DNA from: Candidatus Hydrogenedentota bacterium
GTDB taxonomy: Bacteria; Hydrogenedentota; Hydrogenedentia; Hydrogenedentales; JAEUWI01
DNA length: 64,000 nt
Direction: 5' to 3'
Assembly: GCA_034669905.1 (NCBI GenBank)
Contig: JAXMOL010000008.1
Span: 96,001 to 160,000, forward strand
Under the pieces are notes generated by a model that was not told where the DNA came from, did not search any database, and was given only the letters and a program-made list of their open reading frames with translations. Positions 36,224 through 47,558 of the stretch are shown in pieces. A program made the translations under genes and the position numbers. Each line of letters opens with the position of its first letter. The stretch's first letter is position 1.

Positions 36224-39200
36224 ATGGAAAGTGTTAGCTACTTGTTGGCGGAGTTGGGAAAAAATCTTTCCCTGCTGTTGGCCCTTCTTTTCATTTGGGA
36301 AAAGTTACGCCCCCGGGTGGCAAATCCGGGGTCCCGTGGCAACCAGGCGGTTCTGGGAATCCTTTTCGGTGTTGCGGGGTGCATCGGCATGCGCATGGCC
36401 ACCGAGATTTCACCCGGTGTCCTCATCGACTACCGGGCCACGTTGGCGGGACTGGCAGGACTCTATGGGGGGCCGATCGGTGCGCTGATCTCAACAGGTC
36501 TTATCGTGCTCTATCGAATTGTACTCGATGGTGTCGGGGTTGTCCCGGGAGCAGGGGTCGCGATTACGGGCGGCATTTTGGGTGTCCTCCTTCACCAACA
36601 GCTACGTTGGCGTTCTCAATCAGTCAGCTATCTCCACCTCCTCATTCTCGGCGTACTCGTGACGATATTCGCCCCCCTCTGGGCCTTTATGCTCCCCAGC
36701 GGTATGGGGACGACCATCTACGTGGAGCGTCTCCTTCCCCTCTTGGTGCTCCACCCTGCGGCGACGGTTCTATTGGGCAGTCTGTTCCTCCTTGATGCAC
36801 GCTGGCAGGAAACCGAACGACTGCGTGCGGACGATGCCGAGCGCATGGCCCAGGCGACGACATCCGCCGGGATCGGCATCTGGGAATATGACCCACGCAG
36901 TCAGAAAACGACCTGCTCGCCCAACATGAACGGGCTCTTTGGCAGAAGTGGGGAGCCCTTTCCCGCAGACTACGCTGGCTTTCTCGAGCTGCTGCTTCCC
37001 AAAGACAGGGCTGAGATGGAACGCTGGGTGGAAACGGCGTGTGCACAACAAGCGGTCGAGCCCCTGATGTTTCGGGCGCTATGGCCCGATGGGGATATTC
37101 ATTGGTATGAAGCCACGGGGCGCATCATTTACCGTGGCCCGACCCGGGAAACACGGCTGGCTGGCGTTGTTTCCGACGTCACGAAGCGCCAGCGGTCGGA
37201 AGAATTACGCGCGTTGAGCGAGGCCCGTCTGGCAGAAGCACAACGCATGTCGCGCATCGGAAGCTACGAACTCGACCGCGCCAGAAGCTCTATTTACTGG
37301 TCTGACGGACTCTTCGAGATATTGGGCCTGGAACGGGGCACCTTTGAGCTGAACGAAGAGAATGTGCTGCAACTGGTCTACGAACCGGATCGCGCCAGCT
37401 ACCTGGAGACCTTCAACGAAGTGCAGCGTACGGGCAATTCCTACGAAGGCGAACTCCGTGTTCAACTCCCGGATGCCAGGATACGGACCCTTCAGCACAC
37501 GGTAAATCCCATCGTGGATTCGACCGGTCGGTGCATCGGATTTCGGGGCACGGTCCAGGATGTGACCGAACGCAATGAGGGGGAGGCGCGCATTCGAGAG
37601 AGTGAATCCCTGTTTCGGGTCATGTTTGAGCAGGCCGCCGTCGGGGTCGCTCAGCTCGACTCCCGAACAGGGGCCTTCCTGAAGATTAACCGGCGCTTTT
37701 GTGAAATCATTGGGTACCCTGAGGCCGATATTCGGGGGCGCACCTTCCACGAGATCACCCATCCGGACGATCTTCAGAGGGACCAGACACAAATGGAGGC
37801 CCTGATCGCAGGCCGGTTGACGCACTACACCCTGGAAAAGCGCTATCTCCACCAGGATGGGCACATCGTATGGGTCAATCTTTCTGTCTCGGCACTCTGG
37901 GAGCCCGGTGAGTCCCCCGATCATCACATGGCTATTGTGGAAGATATCACCGAGCGAAAGCAGGCGGAGTTGTTGCTGCGCGAAAGTGAAGCACGGCTGA
38001 CCGAATCACAGCAAATCGCCCGCATTGGCTCCTGGCGTTGGGATGTCGTAAATGACAAGGCCTGGTGCTCGGAAGCCGTCTACGCCATGCTTCATATTGA
38101 ACAAGGAACGCTCGACCCCGCCCTTCCTGCCTTTTTCGAGATGATTCATCCAGACGACGAAGCGCGGATCCGGGAATACTTCCATTCCAGCCTGCAACGT
38201 GGCGCCCCATTGGATTTCGAATACCGCCATCAGATTCCGGGACACGATCTGATGCATGTTCGCGTATTGGGAAACCCGACGCTGGGCGAACAGGGCGCGG
38301 TGCTCTCCTATCGCGGCGTCACGCAGGACATCACGGCACTACGCGAATCCGAACAGGCCCTTCAAAGCCGGGAACTGCGGTACCAACGGCTCGTCGAGAG
38401 TCTCCCGGTTTGCGTCCATACGATCGACAGGTTGGGCCAACTATCGTCGATCAATGCGAGTGGACTGTGTATGCTTGGTGCGACTTCCGAAGGGGAGGTG
38501 CTGGGAACCCCTTATCTGGACTTCGCCTCAGACGCGGATCGTGACCGAATCGCCCGCCTGCTGGAGGAGGCCTGGGAGGGTTCCCCGAGTGAATTTGAAT
38601 ACCAGCTGTCTTTCGACGGGCGCTCCCGTTGCTTCCAATCCAGTTTCGTACCGCTGATGGGACCGGATGGCAGCATAGAAGAGATATTGGGACACACATT
38701 GGACCTCACGGAATCTCGGGCGCGAGAAGCGGCGCTACGGGAGTTGGCAACCGCCATTGATCAGGCGGCGGAGGGTATCCTGATTACCGATACCGCGCGT
38801 ACGATCGAGTATGCCAATCCGGCCCTGTTGGAGATCACGGGCTTCTCGATGGAAGAACTCCTGGGAAACTCGATCGCCGCGCTCTACAGCACCCCGGAAA
38901 ACCAGGCCCAGCTTGATACCATATGGGAAACGGTCCTGGCGGGAAATACCTGGAAAGGTGAGTGCGCCAATATTGACCGCCGCGGGAAACACTATGTCGA
39001 GCGAGCCACCCTGTCTCCCGTGCTGGCTCCTTCCGGCGAAACCACCAAAGTGGTCGGCCTGTTTCGGGATGTGACGCAGGAACGAATGCTGGAGAACCAG
39101 CTCTTGCACGCGCAGAAGCTGGAAGCTATCGGCACGCTGGCCGGGGGCATCGCCCATGACTTCAACAATATCCTTCATATCATGCTCGGAAACTGCCGAC

Positions 39201-40288
39201 ACGCCCGGGAGAACAAGTTGCAGGATCCCGAGGTGGTCTTGCACTGCCTGGATGAAATCGAATACGGGGGCCAGCGCGCCACCCGGCTCATTGAGCAGAT
39301 TCTGACCTTCAGCCGCGTCAAAGACACTATGTTCCAGCCAATCGGAGTGGCCCAACTGCTCCGTGAAGTTGTCCAGTTCCTTCGAGGTTCACTTCCGGCC
39401 AGCGTCGATATCTCCCTGGAGATCCATCGTTCCGATCTTGTTGTGAATGGGGATTTCACCCAACTGCATCAGCTTATCACCAATCTTTGCACCAACGCCT
39501 ATCAGGCCATCGGTTCGGGCCACGGCTCCATCACACTTTCGGTAACGCAGCAGACAATAGCCGATAGTTTCCCGACCCTTTCGGGCACCTTGACGGCCGG
39601 AGACTTCGTGGTCATTCGCGTGACCGATACGGGCTTGGGTATCCAGCCCGAGAACCTGGAACGCATCTTTGACCCGTTTTTCACCACGAAGGAAGTCGGT
39701 GAAGGCACCGGATTGGGACTCTCCATCGTTCACGGCGTGGTCCACACTATGGGCGGTGCCATCGACATTCAGTCCGTGCCCCATGAGGGGACGACGGTGT
39801 CGGTCTACCTGCCCGCTTCCAAGGAGGCCGTCAGACCCGCCACACCGGAAACGATGGAACGACAGGAGGTCCATAGCGGCGCACCCTTCCGTATACTGCT
39901 GGTGGATGACGAGACGGCCATTACGGGAATGCTTACCCGCGCCCTCGGAAAGCGCGGCTGCACCATCACCGCGTACAATGAACCGCTGAAGGCCATTGCC
40001 GATCTTCCGAAACACGCGGCTGAAGAAAACCCCTTTGATATTGCCATCTGCGACCTGACGATGCCCAGGATGAACGGGATCGAGTTGTCGGGCCATATCT
40101 CCGACCACTTCCCCGAACTTCCTATTCTCCTGGCAACCGGCATGCTCGACGAAGCCCGGTTCAACGAGATCCCGCCCAATCAATTCGCGGAGGTACTGCG
40201 AAAGCCCTTCAGTATCCGCCGCCTCCTCGAGACCATCGAACGCCACGTATCCCCTGCGGATCGCGAGCGAGCGCCAGCCCCCGATTGA
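36224..40288 (+). CDS. Hybrid sensor histidine kinase (5TM-5TMR_LYT-like input, multiple PAS/PAC, HisKA, HATPase, REC)
   Basis: Hydrophobic N-terminus with DYR...GLYGGPIGA and repeated DVT/DITER PAC ends. H-box LAGGIAHDFNNIL, FDPFFTTKEVGEGTGLGL and receiver LLVDDE...DLTMPRMNG...KPF. Confidence 0.92.
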   Translation: MESVSYLLAELGKNLSLLLALLFIWEKLRPRVANPGSRGNQAVLGILFGVAGCIGMRMATEISPGVLIDYRATLAGLAGLYGGPIGALISTGLIVLYRIVLDGVGVVPGAGVAITGGILGVLLHQQLRWRSQSVSYLHLLILGVLVTIFAPLWAFMLPSGMGTTIYVERLLPLLVLHPAATVLLGSLFLLDARWQETERLRADDAERMAQATTSAGIGIWEYDPRSQKTTCSPNMNGLFGRSGEPFPADYAGFLELLLPKDRAEMERWVETACAQQAVEPLMFRALWPDGDIHWYEATGRIIYRGPTRETRLAGVVSDVTKRQRSEELRALSEARLAEAQRMSRIGSYELDRARSSIYWSDGLFEILGLERGTFELNEENVLQLVYEPDRASYLETFNEVQRTGNSYEGELRVQLPDARIRTLQHTVNPIVDSTGRCIGFRGTVQDVTERNEGEARIRESESLFRVMFEQAAVGVAQLDSRTGAFLKINRRFCEIIGYPEADIRGRTFHEITHPDDLQRDQTQMEALIAGRLTHYTLEKRYLHQDGHIVWVNLSVSALWEPGESPDHHMAIVEDITERKQAELLLRESEARLTESQQIARIGSWRWDVVNDKAWCSEAVYAMLHIEQGTLDPALPAFFEMIHPDDEARIREYFHSSLQRGAPLDFEYRHQIPGHDLMHVRVLGNPTLGEQGAVLSYRGVTQDITALRESEQALQSRELRYQRLVESLPVCVHTIDRLGQLSSINASGLCMLGATSEGEVLGTPYLDFASDADRDRIARLLEEAWEGSPSEFEYQLSFDGRSRCFQSSFVPLMGPDGSIEEILGHTLDLTESRAREAALRELATAIDQAAEGILITDTARTIEYANPALLEITGFSMEELLGNSIAALYSTPENQAQLDTIWETVLAGNTWKGECANIDRRGKHYVERATLSPVLAPSGETTKVVGLFRDVTQERMLENQLLHAQKLEAIGTLAGGIAHDFNNILHIMLGNCRHARENKLQDPEVVLHCLDEIEYGGQRATRLIEQILTFSRVKDTMFQPIGVAQLLREVVQFLRGSLPASVDISLEIHRSDLVVNGDFTQLHQLITNLCTNAYQAIGSGHGSITLSVTQQTIADSFPTLSGTLTAGDFVVIRVTDTGLGIQPENLERIFDPFFTTKEVGEGTGLGLSIVHGVVHTMGGAIDIQSVPHEGTTVSVYLPASKEAVRPATPETMERQEVHSGAPFRILLVDDETAITGMLTRALGKRGCTITAYNEPLKAIADLPKHAAEENPFDIAICDLTMPRMNGIELSGHISDHFPELPILLATGMLDEARFNEIPPNQFAEVLRKPFSIRRLLETIERHVSPADRERAPAPD

Positions 40289-40462
40289 GCGCCGTGCATG
40301 ACGCCCCGCTCGACCGCCCTTCCCACTGTGCTGGAACACTCAGGTTGAGGAATTCCCGACCGGGGTGCTACCATGCACCAACGCCGCTGGGAAGCCGAAT
40401 GGCTCGCCCCAGTCTGATGGTAGTTAACGTGGGGGATACTCCCCTGATCAAGGTTTGCGTCG

Positions 40463-41803
40463 ATGCTTGGCTGGAATAAATCGAAGAAGTCCCCCCCCCA
40501 CACCGAGGCGACATCGCCTGCCCCGGCAAGCACGCCTGCACCAGCCCCTTCGGGCACGGCACGCCAGGCCGCGCCAACACCAGCGCGCTCGCTCCCGGCC
40601 ATCCTCTTTCAGCAGGGCAAAGCCTCCCGGGAACAGCTGGAGAAGGCCCTGGCCATCCAGAAGGAAACCGGGGCATTCCTCGGCGAGATTCTGATAGAGC
40701 AGGGTATTCTCGACGAAAAATCGCTCCTTTCCTTCCTGGCCAAGTACTGCAAGATCCCCCATCTCAGTCTGCTCGACTATCTGATCGATGCCGAGGTGGC
40801 CGCCCTGGTTCCCAAAGAGGTCTGCCTCCGCCATCGACTCATTCCCATCGACAAACTGGGACGCAATCTGACCATCGCCATGGTCAATCCCCTGGACACC
40901 CAGGCGCTTCAGGTCGTACAAGAGCATTGTCCCACGCTCCGCATCAAACCCATTCTTTGCGCGCACAAGCATTTTGAAACGGTAACGGCGAAGGTATTCG
41001 GCGAGCAGACCCGACGGGCCGATTCGACAGAAATGAGCGTATCCAGCTTTGGTATCACGCTGACACCCGCCGAGAAAGCGGCCTATGCGGAACGCAACGC
41101 AACGGCGCAGGTTGCAGCTGCCGATGACAACGCGCTCCCCGACGCCATCGCCGTCGATTCGAAATCGGACTACGCCGAAAAGAAGATGACGGAGAGCACG
41201 ATCCATAAAGTGCGGTTTGCCGGAGAAGACAACGCGGAAGACGATGATGCGGCGGATTTGGACACGGAGTCCGTCTTCGACCAGGTATTTCACGCGGAGC
41301 ATGCCGACGAGAATCGCGCGGCAGCGGTTGGCACCGACGACTCCGATAAAATACTCGAAGACGTAACCCATGTCATGATGGACAGTATGCGAGACACCTA
41401 CGAAATACTTGCACGGCGCATGGAACTTTTTCGTGGGGTCGACCCGGAGAACATTGCCAAGATTTTCGCACGGGGCCTGACCGTCGACTATGAGGCCGGG
41501 GATATTATCTTCAAAAAGGATCAGGTGGGCGAATCCCTCTACCTGATTCTGAATGGTACCGTCGCCATCGAGCAGGACGGGCGAGAATTGGCCTTGCTCG
41601 GCCAGGGGGACATGTTCGGGGAAATGGCGTTGGTCAGCGAGGGCAGGCGAAGTGCCGATGCCGTGGCGCGCGACGATATCAGCCTCCTGGGCCTCAAGAT
41701 GGATATCATCGACCACATCATGCCCCGCGAAGTTTCGGTGAAGTTGCTGGTCAATATTATCCTCACCCTGAGCCGTCGGCTCCTGGAAGCCAATTCCCGC
41801 TAG
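40463..41803 (+). CDS. MshEN (T2SSE_N) domain plus cyclic-nucleotide-binding domain protein
   Basis: QLEKALAIQKETGAFLGEILIEQG...LIPIDKLGRNLTIAMVNPLD, an acidic linker and cNMP cassette FGEMALVSEGRRSADA. No HTH or ATPase domain. Confidence 0.8.
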   Translation: MLGWNKSKKSPPHTEATSPAPASTPAPAPSGTARQAAPTPARSLPAILFQQGKASREQLEKALAIQKETGAFLGEILIEQGILDEKSLLSFLAKYCKIPHLSLLDYLIDAEVAALVPKEVCLRHRLIPIDKLGRNLTIAMVNPLDTQALQVVQEHCPTLRIKPILCAHKHFETVTAKVFGEQTRRADSTEMSVSSFGITLTPAEKAAYAERNATAQVAAADDNALPDAIAVDSKSDYAEKKMTESTIHKVRFAGEDNAEDDDAADLDTESVFDQVFHAEHADENRAAAVGTDDSDKILEDVTHVMMDSMRDTYEILARRMELFRGVDPENIAKIFARGLTVDYEAGDIIFKKDQVGESLYLILNGTVAIEQDGRELALLGQGDMFGEMALVSEGRRSADAVARDDISLLGLKMDIIDHIMPREVSVKLLVNIILTLSRRLLEANSR

Positions 41804-44061
41804 CCTTCTTCGACTTCCAGGCGCTTCTCTGGCGGGTCAGGAAAGGGCGCCATCCCCAAGGCCCCTTCGACCTGCTCCGCCAAATCGCACACGCGGAAAA
41901 GACTTCGGGTGTAGTAATAGCCAATCTTGTGGAGCGAATCCGAGGCCGTAACGCTGAGATTGAAGAGGTCACGCACAGGCGGCACGTAGGGGATGGCATA
42001 CTGGCCCACACTCACTTTCCCCGATGCATGGAGATAGGGGTATTCGCACTCACCCAGTCCGCCTTGCAACTGCCCCAGTCCCTCGGCCATTTCTCCCGCC
42101 AGCCGTTGTAGCTGACGCATTACGTCGTGGACGAGCCGACCCGAGTGGTCCGCGCGCATATAGACATCCAGCGTAAGCTGGGCCTCCGACAACGAATTGA
42201 TAACATCAAAATAGCGGCTGAATACCCGAGGTCCGATGAGGGCTTTCTCGGCCTCGTCGATCAACGGAATGCCCCACCCGATTTTTTGATAAACGGGCGG
42301 ATGGTGAAGCAATCGCAGGGCGCAAATTATGCGACGATAGGTCAATGCCCGGAAGTGCTCCAGCACCACCAGGGCGACCTCCCGCTCTTCGGCCAGTTCC
42401 AGGATTCGGTGGGGGATATCCTCGGCGCGGGGAATTCTGACCGACGTGGTCTTAAAGCGACTGATATCGACCCGATAGCCACGCAGGGCCTGCAGCACGC
42501 GCAGTACCGCCACGCCCTCATCCGCCTCTTCGAAAGCCCGAACCGCTTCGGGCACTTCGCTGAGCATCCCGGCGAGCTGGGTTCGTGTCTCCCGCAAGGT
42601 CGTGCGGAGTGCCGCGGGATCTTCGGGAAGCTCCAGTCGTCGTTCCGCGAAGAGCAGGGGAAAACCATGGGAAAAGGCGTGTTGTAAAATCCGTCCGCCC
42701 GCCTTTTGTTCCTTGCGTCGGGTCCGCTCTTCTTCCAGCAGTGTTTTCAGGGGCACCAGATTGCGCTGGGTCACCCCGTCGCCCAGCATATCCCGGTACA
42801 GCGACAGGGACATACGTCGGGCGCGCTCTTCAAAATTGCGCAGCAACAACGTCGAAGGCAGGGACTGATGATAGATTCCCGGTGCCGGTTCTCGGGCCAC
42901 CCGTTGCATACGCGCCCGGTCAGCGGGATGGGTATCGTTCCAGGCCGTCTGGGTCTTGGACACCGCCTGGCGTACTTTTTCCAGCACCGAAGGCGGAAGG
43001 TCGCTGGCATTAAAGGCGATGAGTGACGGGAAGTTGTCCACGAGTCGCTGCTCATGCCAGGCCATCTGGAGTTGGCTGAAGGTAAACTGGGTCGCCACGC
43101 CCATCAATCGCATCTGCCAGCAGGTATCGTTAAAGACATCACTCCCCGCAAGCCGGGCCTCCGACTTATCCGCATCGTATTCCATCTGGCGCAACAACAC
43201 ACAGCTCATGGCATGCCCGACCATCATGAAAACCCACAACACCCAGCGGGTACACCAGACCGCCACGCGCAGGGCACCAAAAAAGGGTCCTAACAGGCCG
43301 CCGTGCGCCGTCTTTTCCGCCAACCACACATCCCACGCATCGCGTTCATAGACGCTGCGATGCAACCAGCTATTAATCCGGTTGATGAGATAGGAGAGGC
43401 GCATTCCGGTACCCTGGGAGAAGTGGCCGAATTCATGGGCCAACACGCCGGCAAGCTGGCGGGTTGTCAGGCCGGTAAGGAGGGGCATACCGATTATCAG
43501 GACGAGGTTGTTGTTCCAGAAACTCAGCAGGCCCCGCTCAAAACTGGCTCCGGCATTGACTTCCATCACGAAATCGATCCGGACCGGTCGCGGTGCCCCG
43601 ACGGCGTCACTCACGCTCGCTACAAACTCGAAAAGGAGCGGCTCCTCTTCGGGACGGACCGCATAGCGCCCCCGCCCTCCGGATGGACGCGCAAAGAGGG
43701 GCTTCAGCAAAAACATGATGAGTCCCACCCCCAGCGCAATGGGAGCCAGGTAGAGCGCCACCATTTTCACCGCACTGCGCGATTCCTGAAACAGGGCCAG
43801 ATTGGCCGTGGCATGAAAATAGACGCCCACGCCTACCAGGGCAATCAGGCCCACATAGCACAACGGCAGCAGTGCCATGCCCAGTGCCACCAGGGCCACC
43901 CCCACGCGGTAGCCCATGGTGACCCGTTTTCGGCCCACCCGGGGCACCGTGTCTAGAAAGGGCCCCAGAATCTGTTGGCGCAAAGCGGCCGCTGTGGAGA
44001 CACCTTCAACACCCGGCACTCCCCCACGTTGTCCCATAAAAAATTTCCTCATCGTCGTCAT
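41800..44061 (-). CDS. M48-family membrane zinc metalloprotease
   Basis: N-terminal TM helices, VNA, LAHEFGH, RQMEYDAD and THPADRAR. Confidence 0.85.
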   Translation of the reverse strand: MTTMRKFFMGQRGGVPGVEGVSTAAALRQQILGPFLDTVPRVGRKRVTMGYRVGVALVALGMALLPLCYVGLIALVGVGVYFHATANLALFQESRSAVKMVALYLAPIALGVGLIMFLLKPLFARPSGGRGRYAVRPEEEPLLFEFVASVSDAVGAPRPVRIDFVMEVNAGASFERGLLSFWNNNLVLIIGMPLLTGLTTRQLAGVLAHEFGHFSQGTGMRLSYLINRINSWLHRSVYERDAWDVWLAEKTAHGGLLGPFFGALRVAVWCTRWVLWVFMMVGHAMSCVLLRQMEYDADKSEARLAGSDVFNDTCWQMRLMGVATQFTFSQLQMAWHEQRLVDNFPSLIAFNASDLPPSVLEKVRQAVSKTQTAWNDTHPADRARMQRVAREPAPGIYHQSLPSTLLLRNFEERARRMSLSLYRDMLGDGVTQRNLVPLKTLLEEERTRRKEQKAGGRILQHAFSHGFPLLFAERRLELPEDPAALRTTLRETRTQLAGMLSEVPEAVRAFEEADEGVAVLRVLQALRGYRVDISRFKTTSVRIPRAEDIPHRILELAEEREVALVVLEHFRALTYRRIICALRLLHHPPVYQKIGWGIPLIDEAEKALIGPRVFSRYFDVINSLSEAQLTLDVYMRADHSGRLVHDVMRQLQRLAGEMAEGLGQLQGGLGECEYPYLHASGKVSVGQYAIPYVPPVRDLFNLSVTASDSLHKIGYYYTRSLFRVCDLAEQVEGALGMAPFPDPPEKRLEVEEG

Positions 44062-44139
44062 ATCGTGCTGAACTACTTCAGCAACTCTAAATCACGCGAT
44101 GAGGAAATCACAACTTGCGAGGGGGTATCTGGAGCGGTA

Positions 44140-45852
44140 TCAGCCGCCTTTCTTCTGCGCCTTCGCCCAGGCGTCCTTCAAGGTAACGGTCCGATTGAAT
44201 ACCGCACTCTTCCGGGTGTGATCGTGCACATCGGCACAGTAGTAACCCAGGCGCTCAAACTGCACCCGCTCACCGGCCTTCACTTCGGACAGCGCAGGCT
44301 CAATCAAACAGCCCGTACGCACTTCCAGGCTGCCTGGATTGATGTTGGTGGTCCAGTGCTGGCCTTTCTTACCGCGATTCGGATTCTCTTTGGTAAAGAG
44401 CTGGTTGTAGTTGCGCACCTCCGCCGTTTCCGCGTGGGCTTCAGAAACCCAGTGCAACGTGGCCTTGACCTTCCGGCCATCGGGGGCGTTGCCGCCTTTG
44501 GTCTCGGGATCGTAGGTACAGCGCAACTCGATGACTTCGCCCGTTTCCGGGTCCTTGATTACGTCGGTGCAGGTCACGAAGTAGGCGTAGCGCAGGCGCA
44601 CTTCCCGGCCTGGCGCCAGGCGGAAGAACTTTTTGGGCGGATCTTCCATGAAGTCTTCCCGCTCGATATAGATGGTCTTGGAGAAGGGCACAATGCGGGT
44701 ACCCGCCGAGGGGTCTTCCGGGTTGTTCACCGCCTCCAGCTCATCCACCTGATCTTCGGGATAATTCTCGATCACGACTTTCAGGGGATCGACCACCGCC
44801 ATATAGCGCGGCGCCGTCTTATTCAACTCATCGCGCACAAAGTGCTCCAGCCAGGCAAAGTCTACCGTGCTGTTGGCCTTGGCCACACCGACGGCTTCAC
44901 AAAAATCACGGATGGCCTTGGGCGGATAGCCACGACGACGCATGCCGGAAATGGTAGGCATGCGGGGGTCATCCCACCCGTTGACGTGATTATCGTTCAC
45001 CAGGGTCAGCAGGTTCCGCTTACTCATCATCGTGTAGCCGATATTGAGGCGCGCAAATTCAATCTGCTGGGGGTGGTGAATACCCAGGGCGTTGATATAC
45101 CAATCGTAGAGGGGCCGGTGATCCTCGAATTCCAGCGTGCAGATGGAATGGGTCACCCCTTCAATGGAATCGGACTGGCCGTGGGTAAAATCATACATGG
45201 GGTAGATCTTCCACTTGCTGCCGGTCCGGTGGTGCTCGGCCTTGAGGACGCGGTACATGACCGGGTCCCGCAGATTGAGGTTGGGGGCCGCCATATCGAT
45301 TTTGGCGCGCAGCACCTTGCTGCCCTCTTCGTACTCACCGGCCGCCATACGGGCAAAGAGGTCCAGATTCTCTTCCACACTGCGGTCCCGGTAGGGGCTG
45401 TTTTTTCCCGGCTCGGTGAGGGTACCGCGGTATTCCTTCATTTCATCGAAGCTCAGGTCACAGACATAGGCCTTACCTTCTTCAATGAGTTTGATGGCCC
45501 AGTCGTAAAGCTGGTCGAAATAATCAGACGCATAGTACTCGTGTTCGCCCCAGTCGAAGCCCAACCAACGCACGTCCTCTTTGATGGACTGTACGTATTC
45601 GTCTTCTTCTTTGGAGGGATTTGTATCATCAAAACGCAGGTGGCAGCGGCCATCATAGCGCTCGGCCAGTCCGAAATTGAGGCAAATGGACTTGGCGTGA
45701 CCAATATGGAGGTAGCCGTTGGGCTCCGGGGGAAAGCGTGTCACGACCTTACCGTCGTTCTTCCCGGCGGCACGGTCTTCTTCAATGATATTGCGAACGA
45801 AGTTGGATACTCTCCGCCCTTCGGAGTTTTCTGGGGCGTTCGATGAACTCAT
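44140..45852 (-). CDS. glnS: Glutamine--tRNA ligase
   Basis: [47 protein letters not shown] and QFERLGY. Confidence 0.97.
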   Translation of the reverse strand: MSSSNAPENSEGRRVSNFVRNIIEEDRAAGKNDGKVVTRFPPEPNGYLHIGHAKSICLNFGLAERYDGRCHLRFDDTNPSKEEDEYVQSIKEDVRWLGFDWGEHEYYASDYFDQLYDWAIKLIEEGKAYVCDLSFDEMKEYRGTLTEPGKNSPYRDRSVEENLDLFARMAAGEYEEGSKVLRAKIDMAAPNLNLRDPVMYRVLKAEHHRTGSKWKIYPMYDFTHGQSDSIEGVTHSICTLEFEDHRPLYDWYINALGIHHPQQIEFARLNIGYTMMSKRNLLTLVNDNHVNGWDDPRMPTISGMRRRGYPPKAIRDFCEAVGVAKANSTVDFAWLEHFVRDELNKTAPRYMAVVDPLKVVIENYPEDQVDELEAVNNPEDPSAGTRIVPFSKTIYIEREDFMEDPPKKFFRLAPGREVRLRYAYFVTCTDVIKDPETGEVIELRCTYDPETKGGNAPDGRKVKATLHWVSEAHAETAEVRNYNQLFTKENPNRGKKGQHWTTNINPGSLEVRTGCLIEPALSEVKAGERVQFERLGYYCADVHDHTRKSAVFNRTVTLKDAWAKAQKKGG

Positions 45853-46031
45853 CGGGACTCTTTCGTGGTACGTCAATGCGATCGGGCGCATCCGTTGTTA
45901 GGGGGTCGAAATGGGGTGGCCCACATCGCGTGGCAATCGGGAAAGGCCAGAATTCGCACGGGAGACACCGCCCCTATTATCCGGTACGGGCCGAGATCGG
46001 TTCAAGTTGTGCGAGATTGGTGCGGCCTGAC

Positions 46032-46161
46032 AAGGACCTAAAGGACGGAAAGGACAAAGGCACCTGATGCGCCGGGCCAGGAACCCAGGCACGTTAGACG
46101 CCTACACATCGGTGACCACTTCGAACCCCGAAAGCATCACTTCCCAGTCCTTTGGGTCCTT
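46032..46161. repeat. 9-bp-period AAGGAC/GTCCTT inverted microrepeat
   Basis: AAGGAC at 46032, 46041 and 46050; GTCCTT at 46147 and 46156. Confidence 0.7.
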
Positions 46162-46332
46162 TCCTGCCCGTTCAACGCCTGACTCCCACGGCCCGAAACG
46201 CCCGTTTGAGTCGTGGGCGGCAATACAGTAGACTGAAGCTCCTTCCTGCGCGAAGCGCCCATTGCTACCAGCGGGCATTCGTAGCAGCGTGTGGGATGAG
46301 CAGTTGTCGAACTATCTGGAGAGGGAAATTCG

Positions 46333-47460
46333 ATGTTACGTTCTTTTGAGCGCGCTTCGTCGCGCACGGTTATTTTTGGGGCGGCCATCATGTCCGCCGT
46401 AGGCATGACCCTGACGGGGTGTGGTGGCAGTGATGGTGGTGCGGACGGCGATGCCAGCACAGCACCAGCCGCCTCCGACGGGGCAGCGGATTCCATCAAA
46501 CTGCACGTCGTGCCCGAAGGCGAATCGATCGACCTCGCCTATGTCACCAACGGCATCGACCCCTTCTGGACCATTGCCGCTGCCGGGGTGAAGGCCGCCG
46601 CGAAAGACCTCGACGTTAACGCGGAAGTACTCATGCCGCCCAAAGGCGTGGTCGATCAGAAGCGCATGATGGAAAACGCCCTGGCACGGGGCATCGATGG
46701 CCTGGCCATCAGCCCCATTGACGCGGCCAACCAGGTGGCCTTCATCAACCAGGCTGCCAAAGTCACCAATGTCATCACCCAGGATTCTGACGCCCCCGAT
46801 GCCAACCGTCTTTGCTTCATCGGCATGGACAACTACAAGGCGGGCCGGGAAGCGGGCAAGCTTATCAAGGAAGTCATCCCCGATGGCGGCAAGGTCATGA
46901 TCTTTGTCGGACGTCTGGAACAGCTCAACGCCCAGCAACGGCGGCAGGGGGTCATCGACGAGTTGATTGACGCGCCCATGCAGGATGGTAATAACCTGAA
47001 CGTGAGCCCGCCGTCCACCCCGATCAAAGGGGAAAAATACGAAATCATCTCCACGCTGACGGACAATTTCGACTACGCCAAGGCGAAGTCGAATGCGGAA
47101 GATGCGATGGCAGCCAATCCGGATCTCGCCTGCATGGTGGGTCTCTTCGCCTATAACATTCCCAACTGTCTTCAGGCCGTCGAAGGGGCAGGCAAGCTCA
47201 ACCAGATTAAGATGGTGAGCTTTGATGAGGCCGACGACACCCTCGCGGCCATCGCGGCAGGCACGGTCCACGGTACGGTCAGCCAGCAACCTTTCGAATA
47301 TGGCTATCAGTCTATCCGCATCCTCAAAGGCCTTGCCCAGGGCGACGCCAGCGTATTGCCTGAAGGCGGCACACTGGAAGTCCCGGTGGTCCTCGTTCGC
47401 AAAGCGAATGTGGAAGAATTCACGGCCAAGTTGGCGGAACTGAAGGCACTGGGTGCCTGA
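46333..47460 (+). CDS. Sugar ABC transporter substrate-binding lipoprotein (RbsB-like)
   Basis: Lipobox LTGC, PFWTIAAAG, GIDGLAISP, IGMDNYKAG and QQPFEYGY. Confidence 0.88.
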   Translation: MLRSFERASSRTVIFGAAIMSAVGMTLTGCGGSDGGADGDASTAPAASDGAADSIKLHVVPEGESIDLAYVTNGIDPFWTIAAAGVKAAAKDLDVNAEVLMPPKGVVDQKRMMENALARGIDGLAISPIDAANQVAFINQAAKVTNVITQDSDAPDANRLCFIGMDNYKAGREAGKLIKEVIPDGGKVMIFVGRLEQLNAQQRRQGVIDELIDAPMQDGNNLNVSPPSTPIKGEKYEIISTLTDNFDYAKAKSNAEDAMAANPDLACMVGLFAYNIPNCLQAVEGAGKLNQIKMVSFDEADDTLAAIAAGTVHGTVSQQPFEYGYQSIRILKGLAQGDASVLPEGGTLEVPVVLVRKANVEEFTAKLAELKALGA

Positions 47461-47558
47461 GGCGCGGTAACATCGCAACCGACGTTGATACGGGGCACCG
47501 GTCAGTATCTGGCCTGTGCCCTGCTTGATCAGCCCGTCGGAGCGAGGGAGTGAGAGTG

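Noticed and set aside
41800..41803. Convergent genes sharing a CTAG stop overlap (also 53066-53069)
   Set aside because: This is a common arrangement for convergent TAG stops and there is no further signal.
43975..45846. 623-aa + strand ORF (and similar long ORFs at 58143-60215, 17200-18549, 30667-31887, 50271-51461, 46336-47478)
   Set aside because: These are antisense shadows of well-supported genes such as glnS, phnWX and sulfatases. They are expected in high-GC codon-biased DNA and have no recognisable motifs.
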